DNA from: Cyanobacteriota bacterium
GTDB taxonomy: Bacteria > Cyanobacteriota > Cyanobacteriia > Cyanobacteriales > Nostocaceae
Assembly (NCBI GenBank): GCA_046045965.1
Contig: JBJOKS010000020.1
Span: forward strand, 50,076-114,075
DNA length: 64,000 nucleotides
Reading direction: 5' to 3'
Shown here: piece by piece, positions 40,139 to 50,312 of the stretch
Layout: each line of letters begins with the position of its first letter
Numbering within the stretch: position 1 is the first letter of the stretch
The notes under the pieces: generated by a model
Told to the model about the DNA's origin: nothing
The model's input: only the letters and a program-made list of their open reading frames with translations
The model's database searches: none
Program-made: the position numbers and the translations under genes

Positions 40139-40951
40139 TCAGACTAAATAACTGGTATTAGGAACAATTTGAAAAAACGCATATTCATACCAAGCAGTCC
40201 AAATAAAACTTCTAACCCAACGTTGATATTTTTCAGGAGATAATTCATAATTAAATTCTCCTTCTGATATATCAATAGATGATAAATGAGAATTACAACC
40301 GCAACCGTGATGATAGGTAAAACCGTATTTTGAAGCAATACTTTGTACCTTCATCTGCACTGCAAAAACTTTACCACTATGTAAAATTGCATCCCAAGAA
40401 CGTTTATGTTCAATATCTCTTTGATCAAATCTTAAAGCACGTTCCTCAAATACATGATCTCGGTAAATTGGTGCTAAATGGACATGATAAAAACTTGCAG
40501 GTAAATCATATCCAAACTCGTTAAAAAGGTCAATTCCAATTAAAGCAACCTTAACTTCATTAGATAAACCTTGAGATTTTAAATCTGCTAAAATTTGCTG
40601 AAAATCTGGATATTGATCCTTTAAAAAATCATTTCCGTAAAATTCTAATGTTTCATAAGCTAACTTTCCAAACAACTGAGAAAACACAGATTTAAAATTA
40701 GCTAATTCTGGACGTTCAGCAAATAAATCTACATCACCTTTTGCTAATTTATATTGAAATAGCTGTGCCATTTTTACATAAACATCGGGATTTTTAAAAC
40801 CTACATTTGCTTTTCCAGCAGCGATATTTTGCCAAATATAAGGTAGTTGAGAAACGGAAACCGCATTTTCACCAGCAATTACAGTTAAATTGGGATTTTC
40901 ATCAATTATGTTCGTGGTCATGGATGATTTACCTTTGAGAAGAATTATCAA
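40139..40951 (-). CDS. Hypothetical protein with a His/Cys-rich motif
   Basis: YHVHL and YHHGCGCNSH motifs; likely start MTTN. Confidence 0.7.
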   Translation of the reverse strand: MIILLKGKSSMTTNIIDENPNLTVIAGENAVSVSQLPYIWQNIAAGKANVGFKNPDVYVKMAQLFQYKLAKGDVDLFAERPELANFKSVFSQLFGKLAYETLEFYGNDFLKDQYPDFQQILADLKSQGLSNEVKVALIGIDLFNEFGYDLPASFYHVHLAPIYRDHVFEERALRFDQRDIEHKRSWDAILHSGKVFAVQMKVQSIASKYGFTYHHGCGCNSHLSSIDISEGEFNYELSPEKYQRWVRSFIWTAWYEYAFFQIVPNTSYLV

Positions 40952-41114
40952 GATAATTTGTGATTATGGTGACAAAATGCTCAAAAAACTGTTACCCAAA
41001 ATACCAAATAAACCAAAATAGTAATTATGACAGGGTGTCAAACAGAAATTAGAATATTGAAAACATCAAAAAATGAGTTAATATAAAACGCAAAATAAAC
41101 ATAACCGTGAAAAG

Positions 41115-41918
41115 ATGGAAATAATAATTGGTTGGTTATATCCCAAATTAATGAGTACCTACGGAGACAGAGGAAACGTCATCACCATAGAAAGACGCGC
41201 ACAATGGCGGGGATATGATGTTAAAGTAATACCATTAGATCAAAACTCCACCGCAGATGATATAAAATCAGTAGATGTAATTGTCGGTGGAGGAGCGCAA
41301 GACCGTCAGCAAGAAATAGTCATGCGAGACTTACAAGGAGCAAAAGCTGACGCAATGCGAGATAAAATTGAAAGTGGTACACCAGGAGTTTTTACCTGTG
41401 GTTCACCTCAACTTTTAGGACATTATTACGAACCAGGTTTTGGACAAAGAATAGAAGGTTTAGGAATATTAGACTTAGTTTCCATTCATCCTGGGGAAAA
41501 TACAAAACGTTGTATTGGTAACTTAGTCATAGAAGTTACAGCTTCACGTTTAGCACAAGAATTAGAAACAATGATAGGGACAAAACCTTACTTAGTTGGG
41601 TTTGAAAACCACGGTGGAAGAACAAAATTAGGAAAAGTAGAAGCTTTAGGAAAAGTAGTTTATGGTTTAGGTAATAATGGTGAAGATGGTACAGAAGGTG
41701 CATTTTATCAAAATGCGATCGCAACCTATTCACATGGTCCATTGTTACCAAAAAATCCCTTTGTTGCAGATTGGTTAATTCAAACAGCATTAAAGTTGAA
41801 ATATCAACAAGAAATTAAACTAACACCCTTAGATGATACCTTGGAAATGCAAGGAAGAGAAGCAATGTTTAAACGGTTGAAGGTAAATTTACCAAGTGTT
41901 GCTGGGGTTAAAGTTTAA
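41115..41918 (+). CDS. gatD: GatD/CobQ-like type 1 glutamine amidotransferase
   Basis: YGDRGN, GGGAQD, CGSPQLLG, GFENH, YSHGPLLPKNP. Confidence 0.9.
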   Translation: MEIIIGWLYPKLMSTYGDRGNVITIERRAQWRGYDVKVIPLDQNSTADDIKSVDVIVGGGAQDRQQEIVMRDLQGAKADAMRDKIESGTPGVFTCGSPQLLGHYYEPGFGQRIEGLGILDLVSIHPGENTKRCIGNLVIEVTASRLAQELETMIGTKPYLVGFENHGGRTKLGKVEALGKVVYGLGNNGEDGTEGAFYQNAIATYSHGPLLPKNPFVADWLIQTALKLKYQQEIKLTPLDDTLEMQGREAMFKRLKVNLPSVAGVKV

Positions 41919-41932
41919 CTAATAGTATAGTA

Positions 41933-42652
41933 TTAATTATTCTGACTTTGATTTTGCAACAAAGGACGCACAACCAAATACCCAGCACTAAACCCACCAA
42001 TCATAATAAACACAATAGTAAAAAACAACCACCAACCATTCAACCCCCTAGACTCAGACTCCAGGGGTAGATAATAATGTACTTCCTGTTCCTCTATATA
42101 CATTGGTTCTGATACCGGAAAATTCATATCTATCACAGGTACAGAAATAACCTCACGACGGACTTTTTTCGGTGGTTTAGGAGTTGGTTGACGTGGTGGT
42201 GGTGATGTTTTTACCGTCTTCTTTTTAGGAATTTGACCTTCAGTGTTTTTACGAGCTTTTGGTTTAGGGTTAGGCGTATTTTTTACATTTGGATTAGCTC
42301 TAGGTATCGTTTGATTACTTGGTGTATTGCTTGGTGTATTGTTTACATAAGCATGATTTTGAGGAACAGTTGGAGAACTTGGAGAACTTGGTGTATTTTG
42401 AGAACTTGATGGAGAAGAGTCTACTAACTTTTGCAGTTCTAAACAAGACTGAACAACTTTGTTAATTTCTTGACGCAGGTGCTGATTTTCCTGAGACAAT
42501 TTCTGATTATGGTTGGTAACTACATCTAACTTAGCTTGTAAAGCTTGTAACTCTGCAACTAATTCTCGATAGACATAAACAGGTACAGACGGGGAATATT
42601 TGGGAGTGGGTGGTTTACTGTGAACATTCTGTGTAGTTGATCTCATCTGCAT
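41933..42652 (-). CDS. Coiled-coil, Pro-rich, single-TM hypothetical protein
   Basis: PSVPVYVYREL coiled coil, Pro/Lys linker, C-terminal TM helix. Confidence 0.75.
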   Translation of the reverse strand: MQMRSTTQNVHSKPPTPKYSPSVPVYVYRELVAELQALQAKLDVVTNHNQKLSQENQHLRQEINKVVQSCLELQKLVDSSPSSSQNTPSSPSSPTVPQNHAYVNNTPSNTPSNQTIPRANPNVKNTPNPKPKARKNTEGQIPKKKTVKTSPPPRQPTPKPPKKVRREVISVPVIDMNFPVSEPMYIEEQEVHYYLPLESESRGLNGWWLFFTIVFIMIGGFSAGYLVVRPLLQNQSQNN

Positions 42653-42865
42653 ATTGGTATAAAAATTAGGTTTTTAGATTAGCAAAATATACTATCACAG
42701 TAAAGTGATCCCGGAGATTAGCCTCTAGAATAATATAAAAGTTACCTAATCGGACACATACACACAAAAAATAGCAATTAAACGGATTTAGGGGTTAGAG
42801 TGTGGAAACCCCCATAATTAAATCATAGTTTTATATTTGATTTTTTCTGATTACACGGTTTTCAA

Positions 42866-43170
42866 CTATGGTAAGCGTTCTTTAAAATAAAGACGATATA
42901 AATTACAAAGACACTGAACTTTATTTCCTTGAAATTCAATTAACCCTAAACTCCGTAATTTAAAAGCTTGTGCAGAATCTATTTTAATAGGAACATTACT
43001 CTTAATTACTTGTTGCATTGCTGTTTTTCACAAGCTATCATTTTCTAGTTGTTGTAAAATATCAGTCAAAAAACTTCTGTAAGGACTTTCATCAGTGGGA
43101 GCAATATTGATAAACTGTTCTAAGGTGAAATTATCCTGAGTAATTTTATCAAGATCAGTAATTAATAAAT
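42866..43170 (-). pseudogene. 3' remnant of an AAA_35 (AAA-like domain) protein
   Basis: Translates ...TLEQFINIAPTDESPY...L*KTAMQQVI...AFKLRSLGLIEFQGNKVQCLCNLYRLYFKERLP*; in-frame TGA at 43028-43030. Confidence 0.7.
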
Positions 43171-43273
43171 TTAGATGCTTGTGCTTTAATTGCTTCTTTC
43201 AGAAATCAGCTATAATTGAATTGGCATAAAAAATACCTCCCTAATTTTTAACATTATTGCCAAATAGTGCCTT

Positions 43274-43567
43274 ATGAATCAACCTATCTCTACAATTAAT
43301 ACACGACTTCTTGACTCTCTCGCTCAAATTATCCTTTCACTTTCTCAAGAAGAATATCAAATTCTAGTAGAAAAAATCCAACGTTCTCGATTATCTGAAC
43401 ATCAAAACCAACAAAGTATTGAATCTTTAAAAGAGGATATATCAGCAGGTATTCAACAAATCCAAAACGGTGAATACACAGAATATGATGAAAATAATTT
43501 ATCTACTCTCATAACTTCAATTAAAGCACGCGGTCGCGAACGGTTACAAGGAGAAATATCTGAATGA
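43274..43567 (+). CDS. ParD-like antitoxin
   Basis: LKEDISAGIQQIQNGEY C-terminal motif; ATGA overlap with the toxin gene. Confidence 0.75.
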   Translation: MNQPISTINTRLLDSLAQIILSLSQEEYQILVEKIQRSRLSEHQNQQSIESLKEDISAGIQQIQNGEYTEYDENNLSTLITSIKARGRERLQGEISE

Positions 43568-43866
43568 ATCGCTTTCGGATTGCCAAACTAGCAGAAAAAG
43601 ATTTAGAAGATATTTGGATTTATCTCGCTCAACAAAGTGAAATATTAGCAGACCAAAAAATCGCACAAATTCTTGATAAATTTCCGATGTTAGCTCAATT
43701 TCCTAATATGGGAAGAAAAAGGGACGAACTACAAACAGGACTGCGTAGCTTTCCTGTCAAGCCATATATTATATTTTATATTCAAGATTACGAAATTTTA
43801 GAAATTGTCAGGATTTTTCATCAATCTAGAGACATAGAAAATCAATTTTTAACCGATGAGATGTAA
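43564..43866 (+). CDS. RelE/ParE-family toxin
   Basis: AEKDLEDIW...FPNMGRKRDEL...YIIFY...IVRIFHQSRD. Confidence 0.9.
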   Translation: MNRFRIAKLAEKDLEDIWIYLAQQSEILADQKIAQILDKFPMLAQFPNMGRKRDELQTGLRSFPVKPYIIFYIQDYEILEIVRIFHQSRDIENQFLTDEM

Positions 43867-44005
43867 GATATATAGGAATCCTATTTTATTTTTCAACTAT
43901 ACATAGGGTTTCAGTTATCCAATCTACTGACTTTATCAAACTTTTGATTGTTGACTTGTACTTGAACCTTATTATTGTATGGAAAAACTCTTTGTAAAAA
44001 ATCTT

Positions 44006-44824
44006 TTATCTTTCCAACAATGGGAAAAAATGTCCTACTGGTCCTTGTCCTTTCCCAATATCCAAAGAATAAGTTAGTGCAGTTGTTACATATTCCTTCG
44101 CTTCTTGTACCGCAGTCCACAAATCTTTACCTAAAGCTAAATTAGCAGTAATGGCAGCTGATAAAGTACAACCAGTCCCATGAGTATTTTTTGTCTCCAC
44201 CTGTTTTGTCCTCAAAACTTCCAACCTTTCCCCATCAAACCAAACATCAACCCCTCTCAACTCTCCAGACATTCCCCCACCCTTAACTAAAACCGCTTTT
44301 GTACCTAAATTTTTGTGTATGCTTTGAGCAGCAGTTTGCATATCTTCTAAACAAGCAATCTCCAACCCGCTTAAAATCTGCGCTTCATAACGATTTGGTG
44401 TAATAATAGCCGCTTGGGGAATCAATTCATCACGCAAAGTTTGGACAGCATCATTATCAATTAACTGCGCTCCCGTTCGTGATACCATCACCGGATCTAC
44501 CACCAAATTCTCAATTTGTAAAACTCTCACTTCCTGCGCTACAGTCGAGATAATTTCCTGATTGAGTAACATTCCCGTTTTTGCAGCTTGTACACCCATA
44601 TCTTCAACTACCGCCCGAATTTGGGCTATAACAGCCTCTGAAGGCATGGCATCGACCCGGACTACACCTAGAGTATTTTGGGCTGTAATGCAAGTAATAG
44701 CACTGGTTCCGTGAACACAGTGAAAAGCAAAAGTTCTTAAATCAGTTTGAATACCCGCACCTCCTCCACTATCAGAACCAGCAATAGTTAAAGCTATAGG
44801 TATTAATGTATTCTTAGTTATCAT
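44006..44824 (-). CDS. thiD: Hydroxymethylpyrimidine/phosphomethylpyrimidine kinase
   Basis: IAGSDSGGGAGIQ, DPVM, TPN, NTHGTGC motifs. Confidence 0.95.
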   Translation of the reverse strand: MITKNTLIPIALTIAGSDSGGGAGIQTDLRTFAFHCVHGTSAITCITAQNTLGVVRVDAMPSEAVIAQIRAVVEDMGVQAAKTGMLLNQEIISTVAQEVRVLQIENLVVDPVMVSRTGAQLIDNDAVQTLRDELIPQAAIITPNRYEAQILSGLEIACLEDMQTAAQSIHKNLGTKAVLVKGGGMSGELRGVDVWFDGERLEVLRTKQVETKNTHGTGCTLSAAITANLALGKDLWTAVQEAKEYVTTALTYSLDIGKGQGPVGHFFPLLER

Positions 44825-44864
44825 TATCTTTCAGCCTCAATATCAAAAACACATATTAAACACA

Positions 44865-45006
44865 TATAGGACTCCTATTTGATATTGAACAAGAATCAGT
44901 ACACGCTGAAACCCTTCTTTTCTGTTCCCTGTTCCCTGTTCCCTGTTCCCTGTTCCCTGTTCCCTACCCACACAAATAAATTCAAAAATCAAACCGGATT
45001 ACTATA
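44865..45006. mobile_element. Degenerate MITE-like element carrying a (CTGTTCC)n STRR
   Basis: Imperfect TIRs TATAGGACTCCTATTTGATATTGAA / TTCAAAAATCAAACCGGATTACTATA; a related half-copy lies at 43871-43896. Confidence 0.55.
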
Positions 45007-45020
45007 TATATTACTGTTTT

Positions 45021-46553
45021 ATGTCCAATCAATCCCATGATGAGGAAATTGCCTTTTTACGCCAGCGCGTTTCTGAACTTGAAAAAGCCTTAGAAGATAA
45101 AAACAAATTACAGCAAGAACTAGAAGAATCTGAACGTAAAAATAGAGAACTAGCAGAAACCTTAAAAAACACTAAAGAAAAATCTGCACTTTACAAAATG
45201 ATTCTTGATACAACAGTAGATTTAATCTTTGTTAAAGATACAAATTATCGTTATTTATTAGTAAATAATACCTTAGCTAATTCACTGGGTAAAACAGCCG
45301 AAGAAATTATTGGCAAAGATGATATAGAACTTAATACTCCCGCTGAGTTAGTATTTGGTAATCCTGATAAAAACATTCGCGGTTTTCGCACAGATGATCA
45401 ACTTGTGATTGCAGGTGAAACCATTCATAACCCTTATGATCCTGCACCAACTTGTGATGGTAACTTACATATTTTAGATACGAAAAAAATGCCTTTACGT
45501 AATAACAAAGGAGAAATTTTTGGACTACTAGGCGTTGCTAGGGATATTACAGATCGTCATCAAGCCGAAGCAGAATTGAGACAATCAGAAGCTCAACTTA
45601 GACAGCGCACATTAGAATTAGAAGAAACTCTCAAACAACTTAAACACACCCAATCCCAACTTATTCACAGTGAAAAAATGTCCTCTTTAGGTCAATTAGT
45701 AGCCGGAGTTGCCCATGAAATTAATAACCCCATTAACTTCATCTATGGTAACTTAATTCATGCTAATAAATATATTCAAGATTTATTAAATCTGCTGTTA
45801 ATTTACCAAAAAAACTATACAGAAACAGTACCCGAAATTCGTGAACAATCTCAAATGATTGAACTGGAATTTTTACAAACAGACTTACCAAAACTGATAT
45901 CTTCTATGCAAGTCGGTGCAGAACGTATTTGTAAAATAGTTGATGCTTTACGTACATTTTCCCGTCTAGATCAAGCTGAATTAAAATTTGTTGATATCCA
46001 TGAAGGTATAGACAGCGCCTTAATGATTTTAGAACATCGTCTGCATAACAAAAATAATTTACCCAGAATAACAGTCATGAAAAATTATGGCAACTTGCCA
46101 TTAGTTGAGTGTTACGCAGGACACTTAAATCAAGTATTCATGAATATTTTAGTTAATGCTATAGATGCTTTAGAAGGAATAGGAATTGAGAATTTTAACA
46201 ATTTTAACTCAGAAATACTACATCCAGAAATTCGCATTTCCACTAAAATCCTCAATCCCCAGGAAATTCTCATCCGTATAGCTGATAATGGTCTGGGTAT
46301 GTCAGAGGCATTGCAAAAAAATATTTTTGATCCCTTTTATACAAATAAACCTGTCGGCAAAGGTACAGGTTTAGGTTTATCTATTAGTTATCAAATTGTC
46401 ACAGAACAACATCATGGTTCTTTAAATTGTATTTCATCAGTTGGCAAAGGCGCAGAATTTGTGATTAAAATTCCCATGCACCAAAATAATACATTCGTAT
46501 ACGTGACAGGTGACAGAGAAGGAGCAGAGGAGCAGGGGAGCAGAGGAGAATAA
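45021..46553 (+). CDS. Cytoplasmic PAS-domain histidine kinase (no cognate regulator in window)
   Basis: PAS/PAC (FVKD...ARDIT), AHEINNP, NAIDA, DNGLG, GKGTGLGL. Confidence 0.93.
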   Translation: MSNQSHDEEIAFLRQRVSELEKALEDKNKLQQELEESERKNRELAETLKNTKEKSALYKMILDTTVDLIFVKDTNYRYLLVNNTLANSLGKTAEEIIGKDDIELNTPAELVFGNPDKNIRGFRTDDQLVIAGETIHNPYDPAPTCDGNLHILDTKKMPLRNNKGEIFGLLGVARDITDRHQAEAELRQSEAQLRQRTLELEETLKQLKHTQSQLIHSEKMSSLGQLVAGVAHEINNPINFIYGNLIHANKYIQDLLNLLLIYQKNYTETVPEIREQSQMIELEFLQTDLPKLISSMQVGAERICKIVDALRTFSRLDQAELKFVDIHEGIDSALMILEHRLHNKNNLPRITVMKNYGNLPLVECYAGHLNQVFMNILVNAIDALEGIGIENFNNFNSEILHPEIRISTKILNPQEILIRIADNGLGMSEALQKNIFDPFYTNKPVGKGTGLGLSISYQIVTEQHHGSLNCISSVGKGAEFVIKIPMHQNNTFVYVTGDREGAEEQGSRGE

Positions 46554-46635
46554 ATAACCTTCTGACTCCTGACTCCTGAAAAGATTATGATGGTTTTTCA
46601 GTTCCTTTATCATGACATTCCGCCCCTTTTTGGCT

Positions 46636-47286
46636 ATGACACAACAATTGCTTGTTTATGTTCCCCCTCATCCCTTGATCAAGCACTGGCTGGCTGTAGC
46701 TCGTGATGCGGCTACTCCGTCAGTATTATTTCGCTCTGCTATCACTGAGTTGGGACGATGGCTAACTTATGAAGCAGCGCGAGATTGGTTGCCGACGCAA
46801 GAAACCGTAGTTGAGACTCCCTTAGCTCCTTGTCCAGCAACTTTCATTGATCCACAAGTACCTGTGGCGGTTGTGCCAATTCTCCGGGCTGGGTTAGGCT
46901 TATTGGAGGGAGCGCAGACGCTGTTACCATTAGCGAAAATTTACCATCTGGGTTTGGTGCGAGATGAGGAAACTTTAGAACCCTCTTGTTATTTGAATAA
47001 ATTACCAGAGAAGTTCGATCCAGAAACCAGGGTGTTAATTACCGATCCCATGTTGGCAACAGGAGGGTCTATAATGGCAGCGATGGCAGAATTAACACAA
47101 AGGGGTGTTGATCCGGCGTTAACGCGAATTGTTTGTGTGGTAGCTGCACCACCAGCTTTGCAAAAGTTGAGTGCTGCTTATCCTGGCTTAACAGTTTATA
47201 GCGCCACTATTGATGAAACGGTTAACGGTAATGGGTTTATTGTACCGGGCTTGGGAGATGCTGGCGATCGCATTTTTGGTACTTAA
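46636..47286 (+). CDS. upp: Uracil phosphoribosyltransferase
   Basis: PILRAG, DPMLATGGS, IVPGLGDAGDR. Likely start MTQQ (ORF track start 46612). Confidence 0.96.
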   Translation: MTQQLLVYVPPHPLIKHWLAVARDAATPSVLFRSAITELGRWLTYEAARDWLPTQETVVETPLAPCPATFIDPQVPVAVVPILRAGLGLLEGAQTLLPLAKIYHLGLVRDEETLEPSCYLNKLPEKFDPETRVLITDPMLATGGSIMAAMAELTQRGVDPALTRIVCVVAAPPALQKLSAAYPGLTVYSATIDETVNGNGFIVPGLGDAGDRIFGT

Positions 47287-47323
47287 CTAGGAAAGTTGCA
47301 GATTTGTTCAAGGCGGTGAAAAT

Positions 47324-47668
47324 ATGAGTCAGAAAGATGGTTTTGCCAGCGGTTTTTTACTTGGGACTCTTGTTGGCGGTGTAGTTGGCGGGGTTTTGGG
47401 TGCTGTCCTGGCATCTCGACGGGATACAGTTGAACAGGAAGAGACAGAAATCAATAATGGTTCTCTACAAGGGGATAAAGCGCCAGCTAGAAGAAGGCGA
47501 ATGAGATCCGCAGCTGGTGAGGATCTGGAAATGGAAACAGCACGGCGATCGCTGGAAGATAAAATTGCCCAACTCAATGCCACAATTGATGATGTGCGAA
47601 ATCAGTTGAGCAATGTCAATGGTAGTTCATCTGGATCAGGGGAACGCTCTATTTCCCAAGACTCTTAA
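47324..47668 (+). CDS. YtxH-like membrane-anchored hypothetical protein
   Basis: GF..GFLLGTLVGG TM helix; RRSLEDKIAQLN coiled coil. Confidence 0.75.
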   Translation: MSQKDGFASGFLLGTLVGGVVGGVLGAVLASRRDTVEQEETEINNGSLQGDKAPARRRRMRSAAGEDLEMETARRSLEDKIAQLNATIDDVRNQLSNVNGSSSGSGERSISQDS

Positions 47669-47799
47669 ACTGTTGATATTTCATAGCGAACCACTAATTT
47701 TCCTGGATATTGCTGCTCTTTGCAGCCGCTATGACATAACCTCAATTAAAATCAATAAGTAAGACTGGATTTGACTTTTAGTAGAAAACTTACCCATCT

Positions 47800-48078
47800 A
47801 TGAATTTACTTTTTGATACTCTAGCCAGCTTTGTGCAAATTTACAGTTATGTGCTAATTGTAAGGGTTTTGTTAACCTGGTTTCCGCAAATTAACTGGTA
47901 TAATCAACCCTTTGCAGCTCTGAGCCAAGTTAGTGACCCCTATCTCAATCTATTTCGTTCTATTATCCCCCCATTAGGTGGTATGGATTTTTCGCCTATC
48001 CTAGCTTTCTTGGTACTCAATGTTGCTGGAAGTTTTCTGGCAAATCTGAGTCGTCTACCATTAGGACAGGGATTTTAA
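47800..48078 (+). CDS. yggT: YggT/Ycf19-family membrane protein
   Basis: RVLLTWFP...DPYLNLFR..IPPLGGMDFSP. Confidence 0.92.
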   Translation: MNLLFDTLASFVQIYSYVLIVRVLLTWFPQINWYNQPFAALSQVSDPYLNLFRSIIPPLGGMDFSPILAFLVLNVAGSFLANLSRLPLGQGF

Positions 48079-48173
48079 CTAGTTTGCGTATTTCCCCGGT
48101 ATTATCCAAGCCGGGGATGTATAGCAAAAGGCAAAGATCAGAATTTAATAATTTTTATCCTGACTCCTATTTC

Positions 48174-48614
48174 CTATCTTCTCACTTGAGAGCTAAACCC
48201 AGATGCTTTAAATTGCTTCAATTGCAATGGAGTCGGCTGATTTGCAGGTACAGTAATTCTTAACTCAAAATCACTGACACCTGGTGGTACTTCAGGAATA
48301 GAACCTAGACGGGTGCGGTTTTGTAATATGGGATCATTGTTAGCATCATAGATGCGTCCAAAGATATCTGCATCATATACTGTTTTATAAGTGCCATTTT
48401 CTGCTTTACCTGTGACAATAAAGCAATTAGCCGATGCTGAACCATTACTCACAACAGTACCTTTTGCTAGTTCTGCGGGACAGTCTTGGTATGATAAGTC
48501 AAATAGTTTAATCTGTGTGAGTGCTAAAGCCGACGGAGTAAACACCGACCACAGAAAGCCGATAAAAACAGAAATAAAGATTAGCGTCAGTGAGCGCAAC
48601 CGCATAAAACACAC
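48174..48614 (-). CDS. Secreted hypothetical protein
   Basis: Signal peptide; paired Cys; DADIFGRIYDAN motif. Confidence 0.7.
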   Translation of the reverse strand: MCFMRLRSLTLIFISVFIGFLWSVFTPSALALTQIKLFDLSYQDCPAELAKGTVVSNGSASANCFIVTGKAENGTYKTVYDADIFGRIYDANNDPILQNRTRLGSIPEVPPGVSDFELRITVPANQPTPLQLKQFKASGFSSQVRR

Positions 48615-48741
48615 CGTAACTTTATTAAAAGTATAAGCAACTTTTCACCTCAGCTTACCGAAATTTCCCTGTGAATTGATGGGAGAGTTGAATTTAACAT
48701 TGTAATATTTGTAAAAATAGACTTTCACTTGCTATTAGCTT

Positions 48742-49353
48742 ATGACTCCAGATGAGATTGAAACAGCTTTGCAAACAGCCTTTAGTCGTTGTGATGCAGC
48801 TCGCTGTCCTCTCACTGATATGCAGAAACAAATATTGCTGCAAGTAGTCGAGCAAATTCAGAGAAGCTTAACTTCTAAGGTATCAGATACTAACAACCCT
48901 TTGGATGAACTCACCCCAGAGGAGTTGGAAGCGTTTTTAGCGTTTGTCAAAGCAGAGGAAGAACAAAACCGCACTTGGAAGGTGCAATTACTAAATGACT
49001 GGCTTTTAGCACAAGATTCGGGAAAGGTGCAGTTTATCCGCCAACGTTATGGTTTACAGTGGTTGAATCGGGTAGAACCATACCATTTTGATAAGTATGC
49101 TTATTTGGAAGAGGCTTTAAAACTGAGAGTAGGCGATCGCATTGAAGTTTCTAATGCACTGTGGGAATGGATACCAGAAGATGGTTCTTATCAGCGGGAA
49201 TGGTTTCCTTGTATGGTAATTAAGATTGATGAATTCCGTGATGGTAATGATGCTTTTACCAGCTGCCAGATTCGCTTTTTTAATGGTACTGAATATGAGA
49301 TTCAAGGCGTTTATGAATGGAACCGATATAACTGGCGGTGGCCGCAGACATAG
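48742..49353 (+). CDS. Hypothetical protein with a C-terminal SH3/Tudor-like barrel
   Basis: LRVGDRIEV...WFPCMVIKI...CQIRF pattern. Confidence 0.65.
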   Translation: MTPDEIETALQTAFSRCDAARCPLTDMQKQILLQVVEQIQRSLTSKVSDTNNPLDELTPEELEAFLAFVKAEEEQNRTWKVQLLNDWLLAQDSGKVQFIRQRYGLQWLNRVEPYHFDKYAYLEEALKLRVGDRIEVSNALWEWIPEDGSYQREWFPCMVIKIDEFRDGNDAFTSCQIRFFNGTEYEIQGVYEWNRYNWRWPQT

Positions 49354-49439
49354 ACGCAGAAATCCTTTGCAATCTCCCATAATTACATTTTTGTGAAATC
49401 ACAGAAACTTTAACAAAACTTGGCAAAATTAAGAATCTT

Positions 49440-50312
49440 CTAGAGCATTTGTATAAATTTATTCAAAGATTCAGCAGGTGTTTCTTTCCTCCATACCGCA
49501 GTTGATCGAGCGTAATAAATTGGATGGTGAAGCGGCATAAACACAACTTTGGGATGAGGCAGTGCTTTTGCCTCTCTCGGCATCACTGCTACTCCTTGTC
49601 TAGCCGCTACAAGGGCAATCATAGAAGCATGACTATCAGCAAACAAGTGTAGATTTGGTGTAAAACCAGCTTTGTCACAAGTATCACGGATGCGATCATT
49701 TCTGCCAGGAAAAGTTTCTTCCGACATCCCAATAAATTTTTCTGATGCTAATTCTTTTAAATTAATTGAAGGATGAGATGCTAATGGATGTGTATCTAGT
49801 ATCACAGCATCAATCAGAACTTCTTTAACACATTTAACCACAAATTCTGCTTCTATAGCATCCGGTGGATTACCCATAAAAGCAATATCAATTACCCTAT
49901 CTCGCAAAGCTTTGACTTGATCACTAGGGGACATTTCCTGGAAACCTACGGAAATTTCAGGATAGGCCAACCCAAATTTATGCAGAGCTTCACCTAAAAA
50001 ACTTTCCAGGATAGTTGGGATATAGCCAAGCACCAAAGGCTCATTTGTATTTGTGTAATTATTCTTGATGGTTTGAATAACTATATTACTGCGATCCAAA
50101 ATATCCTTTGCTTGTTCTAGAAAAAATTTTCCAGCTTCTGTGAGTTTCAATCCATCCGATTGTCGCAAAAAGAGTATAACACTCAGTTCACCTTCAAGAC
50201 TTTTGATTTGACGGCTTAACGCCGGTTGTGAAATATATAATTGGGTAGCAGCACGACTGAAATTGAGTTCTTCTGCAACAGCCACGAAATATTTAAGCTG
50301 GCGTAATTCCAT
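49440..50312 (-). CDS. LysR-family transcriptional regulator
   Basis: MELRQLKYF...NFSRAA..L.ISQPALSRQIK.LE. Confidence 0.95.
   Translation of the reverse strand: MELRQLKYFVAVAEELNFSRAATQLYISQPALSRQIKSLEGELSVILFLRQSDGLKLTEAGKFFLEQAKDILDRSNIVIQTIKNNYTNTNEPLVLGYIPTILESFLGEALHKFGLAYPEISVGFQEMSPSDQVKALRDRVIDIAFMGNPPDAIEAEFVVKCVKEVLIDAVILDTHPLASHPSINLKELASEKFIGMSEETFPGRNDRIRDTCDKAGFTPNLHLFADSHASMIALVAARQGVAVMPREAKALPHPKVVFMPLHHPIYYARSTAVWRKETPAESLNKFIQML

Noticed and set aside
44824..45020. TPP riboswitch upstream of thiD
   Set aside because: No CTGAGA...ACCTG core found; the region is occupied by a MITE-like/STRR repeat.
46553..46636. IsaR1-like sRNA near upp
   Set aside because: The gap is short and holds only STRR and promoter-like sequence; no recognisable sRNA seed or terminator.
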